A stretch of 64,000 bases of DNA, from positions 4,384,001-4,448,000 of the forward strand of contig OY776510.1 of the NCBI GenBank assembly GCA_963675665.1, given 5' to 3'. Of the stretch, positions 62,438 through 64,000 are shown piece by piece. Position numbers and translations under genes: made by a program. The notes under the pieces were generated by a model that saw nothing but the letters and a program-made list of their open reading frames with translations, did not search any database and was not told the DNA's origin. Within the stretch, counting starts at the first letter, position 1. The number at the start of each line of letters is the position of its first letter. Source of the DNA: Spirochaetia bacterium. GTDB taxonomy: Bacteria > Spirochaetota > Spirochaetia > UBA9216.

Positions 62438-62700
62438 AATTAATAATACCTATTTGTATATACATTGTCAACTTTTTATTACTTTCTCAGACAAATTCCA
62501 TATATCTTTCTATCTTGGTCTATGAATCTCATAAAATTTATTCCAACTTTCTGTTAATTCCTTATATATTAAATATTTAATGGATCTTACAAGGCTGATA
62601 ATCATTAAGAATAAATAAATCCTCTTCGATTCTTAAATTCTATATATCATCCACATATCGGAATTTTCTATTCAAAGATGTTGATTCAACTCTGGAGGCT

Positions 62701-62839
62701 ATATAACGACGATTTGAGTAGCAAAATCGTTCCGCGTCCTCGCGGAATTGGCGTGATTCTGGAGTGAGGGCCATTGCCCGAACGTCTTTAGCCAGAATCA
62801 TGCCAATAGATTTTGACTACTCCAAAACTTTTGTTATGT
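62701..62839 (-). repeat. attC site 20
   Basis: Same family as the other attC sites. Confidence 0.87.
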
Positions 62840-62846
62840 GTTCATT

Positions 62847-63815
62847 TTATTCTTCAAGTATTTTCATCTTATTTACACCTGCTATCATGCTAACACACGT
62901 GTCTTCCCACTTAATCCCTGGATATATATCCATAATCTCAAAATGTAAGACTGTATTTTCAAAAGGTTTTAATACCTTATTACCAAAGTTATTAATATCA
63001 ATTTTAAAAATTTGTGGGTCTGGAATATCTCTTATTTCTATAATTTGATCTAATTCTTCATAATTTGGTGATGTAATCCTTATTTTCTTAATTCGTCCAT
63101 TTTTTAGATATAAATCTGGTCTCGAAGCGTCAATGTAACCGTTAAAAATGACCAAATGATCAACTGGCCTTAAATATCGATTATTTTCATAAATATAATA
63201 TGGAGTAGTAAAACCTAGTTCTACCCATTCATTAACTCCATATCCATTTACACCTTCTACCCATGGAACTTTACCTATATACTTATTATGCAAATTCAAA
63301 TTCAGATATCTAAGATTTTCAGCATTATATTCGATCTCACCTTCTATTAAAAACGTACTTTCCCTAATATCACCATTATTTCTTGACCACAAAACGATGC
63401 TTTTGTCATTAACTCTCCCCAAGGAGAATATTCTTTTATTAAGAGGATTCTGCATATAAAGCATTTCATCTGAATATAGTAATAATAATCTTTTTCCAGC
63501 CAATGGCCCTTCTTCAAATGCTATATTGCTTCCACCTAATACTTTATACTCATATTTTTCAATCTCAATTTCTATCCAGTGGAATATTTCTTCTTTTATT
63601 ATTCTATAAGTACCTTCTGAATCGATTTCTTCATATCCATCTTCTCCAAAAACATGAAATCTATTATCATCAAAAACCCATGTCATAGGGTTAAATGGTG
63701 GCCCTTTTGTATTTCTAATAAAAGAATACTCTCCATTTAAATCATATGAATTTATTACTGGGATTAATATGATCATATTTAATATGATCAACATTTTTAG
63801 ATATTTTCTTTTCAT
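62847..63815 (-). CDS. Secreted protein with C-terminal NADase-type glycan-binding/discoidin-like domain
   Basis: Signal-like N-terminus MKRKYLKMLIIL; PWVEG..GYG..EW, IFNGY, N.RIKKI, IYPG.KWEDTCVS. Confidence 0.6.
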   Translation of the reverse strand: MKRKYLKMLIILNMIILIPVINSYDLNGEYSFIRNTKGPPFNPMTWVFDDNRFHVFGEDGYEEIDSEGTYRIIKEEIFHWIEIEIEKYEYKVLGGSNIAFEEGPLAGKRLLLLYSDEMLYMQNPLNKRIFSLGRVNDKSIVLWSRNNGDIRESTFLIEGEIEYNAENLRYLNLNLHNKYIGKVPWVEGVNGYGVNEWVELGFTTPYYIYENNRYLRPVDHLVIFNGYIDASRPDLYLKNGRIKKIRITSPNYEELDQIIEIRDIPDPQIFKIDINNFGNKVLKPFENTVLHFEIMDIYPGIKWEDTCVSMIAGVNKMKILEE

Positions 63816-63875
63816 ATTATTCAGTCCTTTAACATTATAAACTAAAAACCTCATTATTTTCCGAAATTTTGATAC

Positions 63876-64000
63876 ACATAACGACGAAATCAGTAGCAAA
63901 ATCGGCCGAGTCTCCGAGGCTTGGCGCGATTCTGGAGTGAAGCGCGATCAGCGCTGAACGTCTCCGCCAGAATCGTGACAAAGATTTTGACTACTGCATT
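63876..64000 (-). repeat. attC site 21 (truncated by the window end)
   Basis: TAACGACGAAATCAGTAGC...GACTACTGCATT. Confidence 0.83.

Larger units (their letters stand above)
31500..64000 (-). mobile_element. Chromosomal integron gene-cassette array (20 attC-delimited cassettes plus a terminal unit; integrase not in the window)
   Basis: 21 related imperfect palindromes, TAAC...GTT on the minus strand, separating co-oriented AT-rich genes. Stop codons overlap the TAAC at 50416, 57156, 59830 and 61858. Confidence 0.92.

Noticed and set aside
38789-63048. Recurrent plus-strand ORFs such as MILECSAISA, MRAIARTSLAR, MERDQRETSLAR, MFYQRTES (38789, 41076, 44408, 47070, 49412, 50122, 53153, 56466, 56908, 61612, 62764)
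   Set aside because: They are translations of attC repeats and of antisense AT-rich sequence; their similarity comes from the DNA repeat
33885-64000. The ~140-bp repeats as a CRISPR array or REP/MITE family
   Set aside because: Units are too long, the intervals are 0.5-2.7 kb and contain genes, no cas genes are present, and AAC/GTT cores with cassette-specific complementarity fit attC
1-64000. tRNA, rRNA or integron integrase genes
   Set aside because: None was recognised in the window

Overview
Bacterial window in two parts; the gene families suggest an anaerobic spirochaete, which is an inference. About 1-31.5 kb is metabolic: a Liv-type ABC transporter with a PaaK-like ligase and TetR; a TetR-controlled aminotransferase/aldolase/FGGY kinase/MFS operon; an [FeFe]-hydrogenase-like/MCP fusion; a SorC-regulated sugar ABC catabolic operon with a MurQ-like gene; a long GH13 phosphorylase-like gene; PiT/DUF47; and a yedF-desulfurase-DUF3343-selD selenium cluster. 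About 31.5-64 kb is a visibly AT-richer integron cassette array on the minus strand, with 21 attC sites of about 135-142 bp (the last cut by the window edge). No integrase lies in the window. Cassettes carry 7 toxin-antitoxin pairs, a Fic protein, 5 ATPase/PD-(D/E)XK proteins, a radical SAM/SPASM enzyme with a candidate RiPP precursor, secreted proteins, and three copies of a ~490-bp structured cassette with no long ORF. Six IS elements interrupt the array (3 apparently identical IS4, 2 IS481, 1 truncated IS3). Product calls rest on motif recognition; no searches were run.
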